Both the position numbers and the translations under genes were made by a program. A stretch of DNA of 64,000 bases from the NCBI GenBank assembly GCA_043228905.1, contig JBHGNT010000006.1, forward strand, positions 4,092,001-4,156,000, read 5' to 3'. The notes beneath the pieces were generated by a model. It was not told the origin of the DNA and ran no database searches. It was given only the letters and a program-made list of their open reading frames with translations. Within the stretch, counting starts at the first letter, position 1; each line of letters opens with the position of its first letter. Below, piece by piece: positions 13,938 through 30,724 of this stretch. Source of the DNA: Azolla caroliniana (taxonomy: Eukaryota; Plantae; Polypodiophyta).

Positions 13938-16289
13938 CTCTCTCTCTCTCTCTCTCAGATCCTGAGTGTCTTCTGCTTCGTTTTGCTTCTCTGTGTGAGG
14001 AGGAGAAAGACACTGTCTGTGTACAATGTCATAGTATGAACCATACGTATCATCCGTGCATTCGCATTCGAGAATGGGAAAAACACCCTTGAAAATATGG
14101 TAAATACTAAATACCATACTTTTGTATTCATTATTTATTATAAGGTAACTTTTTTTTTAAAAGGTACGACAGTTAAGGTAAATCATATATAATAATAATA
14201 ACATACGCATTCTTTACATTCGTATGGAAAAGAATATTTGCCAATGCATTCGAGTATATTACGTACTATGGTGTACATATGTCTTAACTAATAAAGCCAA
14301 TGATGTGTTTTTGCGTCTTTCTTCATCAAAGTCTTCCTCTTCTTCGACTAAATCAATCTACATTTGTATTAAACCAAGATGGTAGATAATACAATCAAAA
14401 CCTTGCTATACATATATCCCCAAACTCCACCATTAGTAGCGATGACATACATCTATTAAACCAAGATGTATGTGTATGGTATCTACGCTAAACCCTCTGT
14501 ACAAGAGTCATAATACAAATGACATACATCTACATAACCTCTTCTTCGGACAACATCCCCATACACCAAATCAACTTTCCTTTCTAGCCTTCGGATTTTC
14601 CGTGGCACCCCTCGCAATCCATTAAACACCACCTCGAAATTCCCTAATTGCTAAGGTCGTAAAACACCACCTAGTATGATGGGGTGGGTAGAGCTTTAAT
14701 AGCATCAATGAAAACCCAACCCATTAAAAAGGTGGATTTTATTTTTTTGTTAATGCTGCTTGAATTTGTCATATAACAACCTAAATGGTTTTAGCAATTG
14801 GGCATGTCATGTTATATGTCATCTTGCTCAATCATTATATATTGTATGGAGGTAAGTTGATAACCTTGTATTTATAGTATGACAACTTACTAATTATGGG
14901 CAATTACTTAAAAAGATTGAAGAAGATTGAAACAATTGAAGGACAAGGTATTGATGCAAAATCCCCATGATCGTTGCATTACACTAAATATGTTCACATT
15001 ACGCTAAATATAGCCTTGTATTATACCTCAAAAGACAAAATATGCTACACACCTCCAACTAAGCCTACAAGGTGTTTTGAGCGGGGCAACTCAAATGGTA
15101 GCAACTAACCATTAACACAAAATGGTCAAGGGCTCATTACCTGCTAAAACTTATTGGGACAAAAGTTAACCTACAATAACAAAAGGGTCAAGTGTTCAAT
15201 GCATGTTCAAGTGGGGGAAGAACGGTGAGCTACAATGTATAATGCATTATGATAGGGAAACATTAAGTAAATGCAAATACTTCAATGACACATTTTTTGC
15301 CAAAACTAGGTGCCAATGTAATTCTATAAAGATAATGATAGGGCGTGTATTAAAAGGGTTCAATGTCCACTAAAGGAGATAGAGAGAAAAAGATGTTCTA
15401 CAATAACAAAAGAATCAAGGTGTTAATGTTGGCCAAAGTAGTTTAAACAATTAGTCAAATTAATGGATCTCTATAGCTAAATTTTTATAACTAATGGAAG
15501 GAGTTTTTTTTTTGGAATATATATATATATACATATAGGCAGCTTAGACAAATTTATTGGCAATGACTTAGTAAAACGCTAGGAGTTGGCATGGATATAA
15601 GTGCTCACGTTTATGAAACTCAACTAGCAAATGGAAGAAATATAAATAATCAATGCTGCAATTCATCAATTTCACAATGATTCTTATCTAGAATTACTTG
15701 ATTTTCATGTGATGAAACTAAGATCAACAAATGTACTAGGTTATCCTTGATTTACTAAGTTGTTTGGCTACAATTTTGATAATGTGACCAATATAAAACC
15801 CAATTGAAAAATGACGTAGATATATAAAGCATAAGATAAACATAGAACTCCAATAGTAAACCAAAGGAGTAACTTTTGATCCTACTTCCATAGTAGCTCA
15901 AGTACCTTCTTTCTTTTCCACTCTAACTACAACGCATTCATGATAATGTTCAAGAATTTTGCTCATTTCTTGATTTGTTAATTTTCTACTAATTGTCTTT
16001 TGTAATTTTCTGCAATTCACCCAACCATTTATTGGTTTTTAAAAGGTCTAAACTATGCCTACAAAATCAATTCCTTGGAATGACCATTTGAAAAGAATAT
16101 TTTACCACTCTCAAGAAACATGTATGTATTTCCAATCACCTTAAACGGTTTTGAAGCTTCGAAACGTTTTCAAGTTTGATCCTTAATGACTATGCAATTG
16201 GAGTTGATCCTTCATAAAGACATTAATACAACAATCAATTTGAAAAATAAATAGGAGGCAGGATAGATTATCATTTTATTATGTTTCCA

Positions 16290-17180
16290 TAATCAAACAA
16301 AATCACAAATCAACAAAGTCAAATATCAAAACAATGAGAGTTAAGTGATGAGAGAGAGAGAGAGATTCTATTATCATCATTAGAGGTCAAATATGGTCTA
16401 TGAGACCTAATAGTTACGACATAACAGAATCAAACAAAATCACAAAGCAACAAAGACAAATATCAAAAGAACATCAACAAAGCAAGTGACGAGAGAGAGA
16501 CAGAATTAGAATTTTTAATGTCCATAAAGAGGCCAATTTTGACCTATGGGACCAGAGAGAGAGAGAGAAGAAGAAGCATAAAAGAAAGCTAATAGTTAAG
16601 ACATAACAAAAATATAATACTACATGAAAGCATGTTCAGCCATAATAAACTCATCACATTTTATCTACTACATTTACCGTTTTCCCCATACATCTGAGTT
16701 TCTACCATTTCTCCAAAGAGTGACAAGCAAACTCGACCACACAGTCTAGCACTCAGAGACAAGCCACTCAATAAAAACACACACAACCAATATATATGCA
16801 TTCAAATAAACAATAAATCAGTGAAGGGGCTAGATCTTTGCAATATGCATCATCATTGGACACTTTTAAATCCACACCCAATCCTGAAGGACAATGTTGC
16901 TCTTTTTTACTGGTAAAAAGAAACCCAAAATGATAGTGCTGTTACAGTCTTGCTACTTCTGAACATGCTCTCCATCAACCAGCTTGAGAGAGAAAGATGT
17001 TTAAAGGTCTCTAAAATACAATGGTCAAAATCTTGCTGAGTATTTTAAAGGCATTAAAAATTTCAAAAGACAATGCTGTCACAATTCTGCTACTTATAAC
17101 CATGCCTCCCATCAACCAGCTTGAGAAAGAGAGATGTTCAAAAGTCTCTAAAATACAATGTTCAGAAACTTGTTGAGCAT
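16290..17180. repeat. Two separate diverged duplications of about 130-140 bp (16290-16610 and 16930-17180)
   Basis: AATCAAACAAAATCACAAA occurs twice; CCATCAACCAGCTTGAGA...TCTCTAAAATACAATG occurs twice. Confidence 0.8.
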
Positions 17181-17651
17181 GTTAGAGACATTACTACATC
17201 TTCCTTTCTCTCTTATGAGAGAGAAAAACCATATTTTTCATTGACCTGCATGCTTGAGTTTAAAGCTAGCTCATTCACTACTCAGGTGGCTTGTTCTTGC
17301 CAAAACAGCAAACTCACTTACGGGTCTCTGTGACACGAGAGTGCTCTATTTTTAATATTACCTATTTCACTAAATGACATTCGGGTCATTTGAAAGGGAG
17401 AAAGTACGACGTACACACAAATTAACTCACCTTCTGCTTAGGTAGCATACATAAATATAAGTTTGCATCATGAAAGGGCATATAAAACACCTAAAAAGGA
17501 ATCTTGAATTTGGTTTGCATATCAGAAATACACTATCTGATGCAAGAGCAATTCTTACGTATACAAGATGGAGAATAGAACCATCTTTCAATTCGTAGAC
17601 CCATACTAAATCATTTAATATTCGAAACAGATTTGTCAGAAGAGAGTAGTA

Positions 17652-20169
<2,518 letters not shown>

Positions 20170-20171
20170 TC

Positions 20172-20173
<2 letters not shown>

Positions 20174-20202
<29 letters not shown>

Positions 20203-20362
20203 GGTATATAGGTATGAATGTATTGTATGTATGTATGTATGTATGTATGTATGATGGCGCACACACAGAGAATCTGTGACTGCGTGTGTAAATGGAAGGA
20301 AGGAAAGGAGCTTTTCGATTCCATATGTATGTGTGTATGTGTGTATGTGTGTGTGTATGTAT
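20174..20362. repeat. (TATG)n/(TG)n microsatellites upstream of the RUB start codon
   Basis: Directly visible. Confidence 0.95.
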
Positions 20363-20419
20363 GACCATGATGGTTGCTTGATATATACGCTTTCTTTGGT
20401 GGAATCTCTATCATTTTAT

Positions 20420-20780
20420 TCTTCCATCATTTAGAGGTTGTGAGCTCGAAACCCATTTACACCAAAACATCTCTCCCAAGCTAAGTGCCCCAAGACTATG
20501 ATGTGGAGGAAGATGGCATTATATGTAGATCAACAACACAACCACAGATCTTGCAATATGCTACATTCTCTAAAATAAGGGTCCTTGCTTATCACAGATC
20601 TAAGTGGATCATCGACCCACATATTGATGCAGTCAAGGAGAATTGGAAATTGAGAGTTTTTGAAAAGAATCCCTTGATAAGATTGCAATGGGATCTGGGG
20701 GAATTTTGGTGGAAAGATCCATTTGACCATGTAGAAAAAAAGGTGTCGTTGAGGTTGCAACCCTTATTCGATTACATTTA
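20420..20780 (+). mobile_element. LINE fragment from the same family as the L1 at 29577-39941
   Basis: KIRVLAYHRSKWIIDP...W...ENPLIRLQWD...WKDPF-like sequence aligns with AIRVLAYTGQKWIVDP...W...ENTWLRKVCWN...WCDPY of ORF 30332-30715. Confidence 0.75.
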
Positions 20781-23406
20781 GTGCTAAGCAACTTTCATGA
20801 CTAAATTGTGAGGCACGAAGGCAACCTCCAAAGCCAATTAAGCGATTAAGAGAGTGATGGTAGCATTATTAGCTCAACACCTCGTGACAACATGTGTGTG
20901 ATATCTGTTGATTGCTTCATTTGTATGAGAAGCATGCTTGCAACCATAGGTCTATGTTTTGGGTTGTATTTGAATGATTGTTCAATTTCTAGATAACTTA
21001 GTGATCAATTGGGGAAGGTAGGAAAGTGACGAGTAGATAAAACGAAATAGAGCCTAATGAAATGTGTTATGAATACATAGATCCCATCAACTCCAAAAGT
21101 TCAATTGGTAGTCAAGAGGACACCAATAACTCTATATACATCCAATCAATTCAAAAAGTTCAAACGGTAGTCAAGAGGCCACCAACAACTTGGTGCCACT
21201 CACCACCTTAACCACCTCTTTCCTACTATCCAAGCCACTATCCCCTCACCTTCCTTGATTTTTTATGCACGAGATGTTATACCTCTACCAAAGTTCTATG
21301 AAGGGACTAATGGCAAGAGCATATGGCAACCTCTCTAATCATAGAGACTACTAATTACCTAGCCCAACAACTTAAGACACTTGACACCGACCTCATGAGG
21401 CACATAACTCTCCTCGGACAACCAAGGTAATAATTGGTATAATTGGCACCCCAATAGGCCTAGATGTTGTACACCCCCTTAATTGTGTCCACAACCTTCC
21501 CATTAACCCCCACCCCCCTTTTCCACACTTGTCTCTTGCCCATGGAATACATTCAAAACTATGTTGCCTTTGAACTTTCTAACTTTATCGTATTATGTGG
21601 TTGTAAATTGTAATGACACAAAGATAGCATTCCAAATACTTAGTAACATTGTGACAGGCTTGTACTAATTTGTCTAATCCCCGAATTTGTTGTAAAGGAA
21701 AATGCCGTGTCATCTTCTAGATGGTGTCAAGTTTCAACTATTACAGTGAATTAATAATGGAAGGGTCCACTTCTAGTTGTCATGGGTTTTGGGTGGTTTC
21801 TTTTTGTTTTTGACAAGGTTGAGCACCATTGACCAATTTCCTAGTCTTGTTGTGTTCACTTATTTGGCATTCCATCCATCGTCTTGTCACCTTCTTCACC
21901 CATCACATTGCCTTCTAACACTTCTTGCAGTTCTTAATGTTTAATGACACACTTTTCTCTGTGTTGCTTCTTTGATAAATGACTCTTGCTTGCTTTTCTA
22001 CATGCAACCGGTATTTTCATCAAATTTAAAGAATAACAAATCAAGTAATGTGGGGGTTTACATTTTTTTATTGAAATTTGAGAGATTGTCATATGATGAA
22101 ATAAGTGAATTCCCATGGATAAAATAAGTCACAATAGTACCAATATCAATATTATTAAATCTAAAGGTTTGATAAACATAGGTTTACATGAAAAAAAAAG
22201 ATGTCATCTAAAGCATCATCTTGAAGGCTAACACTACTCCATGAGAAGATCTTTAATATGTCCTCATATGATTCATCTCTCACTTAATGATATTGAATAC
22301 AACTCTAGTAATAAAATAAAACAAAAGTGTGAGTTCCAATTAACTAAAGTGGAGCATATGAGATGAAACAAGATGGGGTGATCATATGAATAAGATTCAA
22401 AGCTTAATGTCTAACAAACATCAACGAAGGGTTTATAGAACCTAAATGAAATTGGAACCACCTAATTCAAAATATAACATAGAGAGCTTATGTATAAAGG
22501 AGCTAGGGAAGAGAGAACACAAAATTGAAAGAGCATTGGCCACAAGTTTAAATGGTTTCGTAATTTCCTACAACAAATGTAAAAATAAAAATGTGTGAAA
22601 CATGAGACTCTAGAGTCTACATCTCTCCAAAGTGGTAAAAATAATTCCAAAACAACCTCATTGATGAAGTGAAATGTATTATATCTCACAAAACAACTAA
22701 AACTCAAAACTTTGCTTTTGTATGTTATAGTTTACTTATTTCCTACATATTTGTAAGACATCTATGTGGGGAATTTTTTAGCCTCAAGCTCGTGCTCAAA
22801 AACCCTCCCCATGCCTATGATCTAAATGGGAAGTGATCCAATCTAAAGTTAGAGCATGTATGGCATTTGTATCTTAACTTTAAGAAATTTCGTAAGGAAG
22901 TGCTTTTGGGCATTTTCAAACTCTTCCCAAGTGGACCCAGGGATGCTAACACCCTATACCTTTAAGGCATAAAGCAACACTTATGTCAGCAAAGTGTCAA
23001 AAAGATATTTCTTGAGAACTAAATTTGACTTCTTCCCCATTGTTTATGTTCTAAACTACATAGTAATCCCTCTTTCTCACTTCCATGTGGTGATTAGCAC
23101 TTTCATTCCATCAATGATTTGGTGGAGCCTCAAGCTAAAGGTATTTAAAGTGGCTCTTATCATTTTAAAGTGGCTCGCCATTGTACACAATGCATGGTTT
23201 ATCCTTATTTTGAGTCTTTGCAAACATAATCTTTGTTCAATCCACTAGTATGGCACGTCATGTGGAGGATGGACATGTAATGTATGTTGTCAAAAAAGAG
23301 GTGTCATGTAATCAAAAGAGTCTGGCAACTCAATGACTTGGCATAATACAATGACAAAAACATCATATTGTCACATTGGAGCCAGATATGGTTAATAGAA
23401 CCAAAT

Positions 23407-23530
23407 AATCTAATTGCATTAGAGTTGGTTCTAGGTACCCAAAGCAAATCATCTAATTGCATTAGAGCTGGTTCTACGTAATAGAAGCAAATCATCTAAT
23501 TGCAATAGAGTTGGTTCTCACCTAAGCATC
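23407..23530. repeat. Tandem repeat, about 42-bp unit x3, downstream of the DUF4079 gene
   Basis: ATCTAATTGCA(T/A)TAGAG(T/C)TGGTTCT occurs three times. Confidence 0.9.
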
Positions 23531-23742
23531 TTATCTATATAATATTAAGTAAAGAACAAAACCAAAGCCCCTTATTTTTGGACGTTTATTAAGGTTTTGA
23601 ATACAAATAAATGTACACAGAAATTTGTTACAATAGTCTTTGTTACAAATAATCACGTAGCACTACACAGAGTGTCAATATGAAGAAGACAGTTCAGGAT
23701 AGAAAAAGCACTCAAAAAAGAGCAAATCAAGTGCTAGAAGGA

Positions 23743-26119
23743 TCATGGCCATGTGGTAAATTGAAACACTTTCAACACGATTTCCCAACCAGTGGGAATT
23801 TGCCAAATGAAGAGGAGCACATTCAATGCATTCAAGGCTATATGGAGGCTTCTGGCTGTATCATTACCTTTTTGCATTGCCGGAACAAGGGCGGCCGCCA
23901 GGGCCCATAGAACCGTGATACCTGTCACAGTTAAATCAAATGAACTTCTTCTCTACATTCCTACCTATGTTATCACATTCAGGTTCTCTCTATGCCATCA
24001 ACCTTTATTATCATAGTATGGCATTCATCTTCTCAAATCAAACATTTCTCTCCTATCTATCTTATCATGTTAGGACATCCACCTTTCTCTATGTTATCAT
24101 GTGTGTTAGTCGACACATCCAACTTCTTCCTATAGTATCATGCTCTGATACCCAACCTCACACTCAAACCTCTCTGATTTTCAAGTTAGGTCATGCAACT
24201 TCTCTCGAACTTAAATCCTGCTCGACCTTTCCTGCCTCTCATTGTTAAAACACACTCAACCTCCCACTCACTATATTAAATCACACTCACCCTCTCTCTA
24301 TGTTAAACTGCCTTCAGCTTCTATGAATTTTGAAGTGCAAATCCTATATATTATCACATTTAAATGCCATTAACTCCAACTTCTATCTGTAATAATTTTT
24401 TACTTCTATATGTTACGCTTTAAAATGTGCTGATTATCATTGAATAATCAGCTTCTATATGTCATCCCATTGAATAATAAACTTCAATGTGTCATCACAT
24501 TACCAAATATAGCACATTGAAATTTCTATATGCCCAATCATATTCAATTTCTATAGAAGACACTAAAAGCACCACTGTTATATGAAAGAATATGAACATA
24601 TGTGATTAAATGTTAAGGGCACATACCTGCACCAGCAAACAAATGGGGACCAGGAAACAGTTTCCCCGTCCTGAACCATGTGTTCAGTGATCCCCCAACA
24701 GCTTCCAAAATACCAAATGCAAGCAATATAGAGCCCGCATTGAAATGTCGGTCCTTATACCCTCCTTTCACAAGTTCTTTCCTCACCTATGTCAGAAGCA
24801 TATAAACATTTATGCATATACCATTCTGAGTATGATAAGATGGACTGAAACCAAATTGGCCCTATCACACTAAACACTATAGTGAAAACTTCCAAAAGAC
24901 ACTTAAGTTACCGTTTACTTTATCTCTACAAAATGCCAGTGACCAAGCCACAACCCAAGAAAAGAAAAAAAGGGATCAATTGACCATATAATTGCTAAAA
25001 TAGCAGATATTATTGCTTGAGACAGAGTTCACCTAGCAGAAAATTTGAGAACTTGGCAGCATTTGGGGTCATCAAGAAAAATTTAGGGGTATTTACTTCA
25101 AAAAAATTCCCTCAATTAAACACACACATATGCGAGTTCAATAAGATCGCAAAGTAATAGAGAGACAAGTAAACCAAATTTGACACTTCGACAAAAGAAA
25201 AAGGTTGAGGATGAGGATCATCACTCACCTCAGTTAGTTCTTTGATCTGCAATTCAAGTGGGGATGGTGGGGCACCTTCATCAGCAGGTTTCGCACCTGT
25301 CTCTGTCTTCTTCAATGTGTTGATCTCTTCCTGGATGGTCCTAACCCTCCTCCATTGCCATCCCAGGTATCCCGCCCAAAGTGTGTACACGAACAATCCT
25401 CCCATGACAATTGGGTGAACCAGAGCTAGGGTTCTACCTTCTAAGATTCCAAATTCTCCACCCGCTGCCCACGCTGCCTGAATATGTTTATAAACACACA
25501 ATTTATAGGAATTCAGTTCCAAGGAAATTATTATTCAATTCTCCATATATCTGTTCATTCCCAGGGACATTATTGAAAAGAAATTGGTACTCACACTGGC
25601 ATTTTTGTGCAACTCTCGGTGATCTCATTGCTACCCATTGGCACTGTCATAACTTTTGGTAATTTTATTCAGTGCTCAAGAGGGTATTATTGTCATTTTC
25701 AATGATTTCTATCGGTAGGTACTCATAAGGACACTCTTGACTTTTGAGATTGTAGGTAATTGTGAATTATCTATAAATGTTGATCTTCCCTATTCAGAGA
25801 TTTTCAAACAAGAATGAAATGGAAAACCCACATTATATATATAGTTTTTGAATACCTTTGTATCGAGCAGCAGAGGTGAAAGGGCAGCAGAGAGTCTGAG
25901 AACCGTAGGCAAGTTTAACCCATCATGTGGCAAAGTATCTGAATGAGAGATCGCTGATAAGCCTCTGTCAGGCAGTGGAGAGGACGATGATGATGATGAT
26001 GATGATGAACAAGAAGCTCTGGGATTATAAAAACTCATTCTTCTTCTAATCGAAGAAGGAGAAGGAGAAGGAGGAGAGAAGGAGAAGAAGAGGGGAGATG
26101 CTGAGATCTGCGTGGCCAT
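23743..26119 (-). CDS. Plastid-targeted DUF4079-family membrane protein, 283 aa; exons 26119-25856, 25477-25229, 24786-24627, 23921-23743
   Basis: Ser-rich transit-peptide-like N-terminus; conserved blocks GGEFGILEGRTLALVHPIVMGGLF, YLGWQWRRVR, GKLFPGPHLFAGA and WQIPTG. Exons are in phase (852 nt). Confidence 0.88.
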
Positions 26120-26153
26120 AGCTCTCTTCTACTACGAACTACTACTACTACTA

Positions 26154-26184
<31 letters not shown>

Positions 26185-26308
26185 TTCTTTCTGCAGCTTC
26201 GGTCTTATCGACAAATCAAAATTTACTTGGCTTACAGATATCGTCCTTCCCTCTTGATCTCTAAGAATGATAATAAAATTTCTTTTACATACATACATTA
26301 CTATGTAC

Positions 26309-26720
26309 TATTAGCTTAATGAAGTTATAAGTTCTTAGTTTAATAGTCCTAGGTCTTGGGTTGGAAACTCAATTTTCTCTCGTAATATTAGCTCAATGAA
26401 GTTATAAGTTGTTAGTTTACAATGTAATATATTAGCTTAATGAAGTGATAAGTTCTTAGTTTAATAGCCCAGGTCTTGGAATATTAGCTTAATGAAGTTA
26501 TAAGTTGTTAGTTTACTCTGTAATATTAGCTTACTGAAGTGATAAGTTCTTAGTTTAATAGCCCTATACTATGTAATATTAGCTTAATGAAGTTATAAGT
26601 TGTTAGTTTACTAGCCCTAGGTCTTGGGTTCCGACACCCAATTTTCTCGCATAATATTAGCTTAATGAAGTTATAAGTTGTTAGTTTACTAGACCCAGTA
26701 AAGTACTAGGTTTTGGGTTG
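26309..26720. repeat. Minisatellite with seven copies of a 34-bp core and variable linkers
   Basis: TATTAGCTTAATGAAGTTATAAGTT(G/C)TTAGTTTA occurs seven times. Confidence 0.95.
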
Positions 26721-26749
26721 GAGATAGAATTTTTTGACTTATCCATTGC

Positions 26750-27850
26750 TCCATACATATCCTCCTACTTTACTAGGATGCCATTGTAGAATGTTGGAAC
26801 TTGGGATGGAATCCATCACCTTCTCGTCCCATAACGTTCACTACGAGATGATGATTGTCATACACATAACAAGATCGCTTTTGGCCATGAGATAACTAAG
26901 TGTTGAACACATGAAGAGCTAGGAATCTTAAGAGAAATACATTCATTCAGTAATTGCCACCGTGAAGCCTTAATAGTTTCCTCCTTGGTTGTGTTAAACC
27001 CTTGTTCTCAATGAAATATTGAATAATAGATATCGGACATGATTGTAAGTATGAACACATCTCTTGCAATAATGAAAATCTACGAGCCAACATATGCATA
27101 GATAAGTCCAATATTCCAGCTCCCCCCCAAGCGCTTAAGGGTTGCTAAATGATTCCATGCAACCCATGTGATTCCCATATTACCCCTCTTCCTCCACAAC
27201 AAATATCGAAGAGATTGCAAAACAAAATGCAAAGCCATCTTTGTTCATGGCAGCAATGGCAAGTAATATAATGTTATGAGTTCCATAATTCATTGTACAA
27301 CCTTCAAGCGTACATAAAATGACCAAGATTGTGACATCCAATACATGAACCTATCCCTTAACTTACTAGACATCCATTAAATCAATTCACCATTTGTAAC
27401 ATTCATTCCCAATGGATACCCCATGTGTCAAAAAATATAGCCTTTCCTAACCATGGATCCTTGTCATCCCAAAATTCCAAATCCCTTTCAGTTCATAATA
27501 TGATACTAGACTTCCTCCAAATAATATGTAATTTGGAAGCCAATGCAAATTGGTTCCATACAAGAACCCCCTTCTCAAGATTCTCTTGTGAGGCTTGTAG
27601 AAACATGAAAGAATCAACTGCCAAAGCCTGTGATACCACTTGTCCCCCATATGGAAAGTGTAAACCCACAATGTCACCATTCATTGCAAGCCTTGATAAC
27701 ATCACTAACAAGGGATGAGTAACAGTAACAAACAACAATGGGCTAAGTGTGCATCCTTGACTAACATATCTCGTGAGGGCAATATCTAATGTAATTCCCC
27801 ATTAAGCATTACTCGAGACACTTGAAACCATAGAAAGTTTACATACATTA
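26750..27850 (-). mobile_element. Degenerate L1-clade LINE RT fragment
   Basis: LTRYVSQGCTLSPLLF (QGCPLSP motif), followed by QALAVDSFMFL (ADD motif) and later remnants resembling VAW...LGG.GI. Confidence 0.75.
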
Positions 27851-28149
27851 GGTTTGAGGTTCCCTGAGTTATAGATGGGATGGATATGCTACATGTTGCT
27901 TCCAAGTGTTAAAAATAACGTATTATGCATCTATGAAGATATGCAATGGTGGAGAAATTCTTTTACGTCGATTAAATGTTCTTAAGAATACCTCATTGAC
28001 CAACCACCACAACGTTGAAGAACATAAATCTCACTTCCAATTCTCCTCTTTCATTCATTTTGGTCGCATTTATTCTCAAACATATATAATAACCTGCATT
28101 AGACAAGCTACCGCTTCACATGGTCAGCAAGCTACCTAAATTTGTTGGT

Positions 28150-29260
28150 CCTTCATCATGAGGAGAGCCCAAGTCTCGAGTCGTGCACTTTCCTATTGCA
28201 TGGCCCTACTACTTTTGTTTTCAAATCTACGAGTGAGAAAGTATCTACAATGAAGTGTTGGGGTCTTGAAGCTAACTCCTTGGTACAACAATGTAGTGTT
28301 TTCCCTTGATGTCGACTTTCTTCCCTATTAACTCTTAGTGTAACCAAATCAATGACAATTAAAGGTTTTAATATAAACCACGCTTGACCAAGTGCTTGTT
28401 TGTGATGATGTTCAACTTATGAGTTGATCTTTTATTCCATGGTAGTGCTATAACCAATATTACATCAGTGGTACAAATATTCATTACATGGAAATCTACT
28501 TGTTCTATATAAGTATCAATGTAAATTGCCAATGAATGAAATACCCCGTTGATGTATTGTACTCTTCCATCAGCCAAGTGCACCTTATACGTGTGTCACT
28601 TCTCCCTCTCTTGGGTTTTCTTGTGAGGAGCTTCATCCTTTGTTCTTCCCTTCTTCCTCCCACTATTCGTCGTTCGGTGTTCAGGGGTTTGGTGCGGTGC
28701 TTGTGTTTGTGTGATCGTTTCGTCGTTGATGTGTTCGGGGGTTTGATGAAGAATGCAAGGCGTAGAACAAAATAATCAAGCCAACCATGATAGTTGGATA
28801 ACAAAAAAAAAAATCTTCCTTTATGTATTGCTTTAATGCAATTCATGAGTCAATCTTTTAGAAAACATTGCTTGTTTGCTTGATCCATGATAGTTTCTAT
28901 CATTGTCAAGTTTGTGGTATTGTCCATTTCAATAACTCACTTGTTATTGAAGTTGCATCGACCATGTTGTCATGAGACATCTTTTTGCCCCTCTACTAAA
29001 GCCTTCAATGGACACACATGCATTATATAGTGCTCCATGTTCAATATCATAGGCATTATACAATAATGTATATAAAGCTTATGTACACATATTGTTCCAT
29101 CCTTTCATATGTGAATTCCAAAACATGATATTCAAACTTGAGGCAGTCTCTCTCGTAGGTCATCACTTGCTATGCATTTTGAGTTCTTTTCTAGATGCAT
29201 AGGTTTGTTGTCTACATTCTTGCTCCTTTCGGGTTCAATTTTCCATCGTAATGAGATTTG
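28150..29260 (-). mobile_element. Degenerate Ty3/gypsy gag-protease remnant
   Basis: YDGKLNP gag-like peptide near 29240; retropepsin-like ADGRVQ...EQVDFHVM...DVIL..LPW at 28420-28580. Confidence 0.5.
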
Positions 29261-30724
29261 TAGCTCTAAGTACAACCTTTTCGCATAGTAAGTTGAGTAT
29301 CAATATCTCAAAAACAGGGGTTATACGTTTGAAGACTCAAGAAAAGGATAAATTACCATACATTATTTACGATAAAGAGCTACTTGAAAAGGTTGAAAGA
29401 TTTTTAAACTTTGGCTTTAGATTATCTCTAATTATAAATGAATAAATGTATTATTGCCACTTCAAACAAAGAAAGGGAGCTTTATGCATTTGATAAAATA
29501 TATCATGGAAGAAAAATCAAACGTTGGATTCTCAAGAAATGCCACCTTCGCACTTTGATGACATTGATACTTCTTTTTCTTTTTCTTTTTTTTCCAAAAA
29601 AAACTCCTTCCATTAGTTATAAAGATTTTACAGATGAGATTATTATATACAAATCCCTATAAGGACACGATATGTCCATCTTATGTGGATGCCCACTGCC
29701 TCAAGAAAACGAGAAAGAAAAGGAGAGGACGACCATTGTTGGATAAATGCTAGTCGTTGTCATTCAACTCTATCAGAGTCGCCCTTGAGGCCATCATATT
29801 GGCTCTTTAGAGTGGCTACAGCTTCACTCCATATCTCTTGCATTAACATTATTGGTTTTGCGCTTTGGTTGGAAAAGATCCGTCTACACCGTTGTTTCCA
29901 TAGAATCCAAAGAGTTATTTGGTTGACCAAGTCCAACACAACTTAAGATTTGGCACTAATAGGAGTTGGGTGATATTGCCAATGCTGGAGAAAAAAATCT
30001 CTTGTGCTTTTATAACCAAAGTCAGCCCCTCTTCCTGATGATCATAGCTGTCAATTGGGGCCTGCCATGATAGCCAACATACATTCCGCGACTTGATTGA
30101 GCCTTGCACCTCGCATAATTGCAGTAAGCGGCCAATCCCCTGCCATATTCGATGAGACTCTAGGCAGTCCCATAGAGCATGTCGTGTGGATCCTAATACA
30201 GTTGGACACATTACATAATTAGGAGAGCTGAGGTTTCCACGTTGCCACGCACCAACCGGTAGTGACTTATGTATTAATAGCCATTGGAAAGTGGCGATTC
30301 GTCTTGCATGTTGTTGGTTCCAAAGTTTCTACTAAAACTTGGTGATAATTGTGTAAGGAACATGATATGTGCGCCAGACCTTTGCAACAGCCGGCTCTCG
30401 GGCGGATTGAGCGGCTATAATATGGCGACCCAATCTAGTTGTGAATTGAAAGAAAGGGATAGGTTTGCTTCCTTGCCCCACGTAAGGATCACACCATGTC
30501 CATTGCAAAGGGTTCCAACAGACCTTACGTAGCCATGTGTTTTCATGAGTACATATGTGCCAACCTGGTTGTACTTTGATCGGATCAGGATCTACAATCC
30601 ATTTTTGCCCAGTATATGCCAGTACTCGAATTGCCTTATGTTGTGTTGATGTCTCGTTGTCCTGCAATTCAGAGCCTTCGATCTTGTCCAGTGTGTCCCT
30701 ACCTCTTGGGATCAAAGAACCCTC

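Noticed and set aside
24142-24152. Met-PBS-like GCTCTGATACC in the DUF4079 intron
   Set aside because: No adjacent LTR; likely chance.
26309-26720. CRISPR array
   Set aside because: Eukaryotic context, no cas genes, and the spacers vary widely in length and are homologous to each other.
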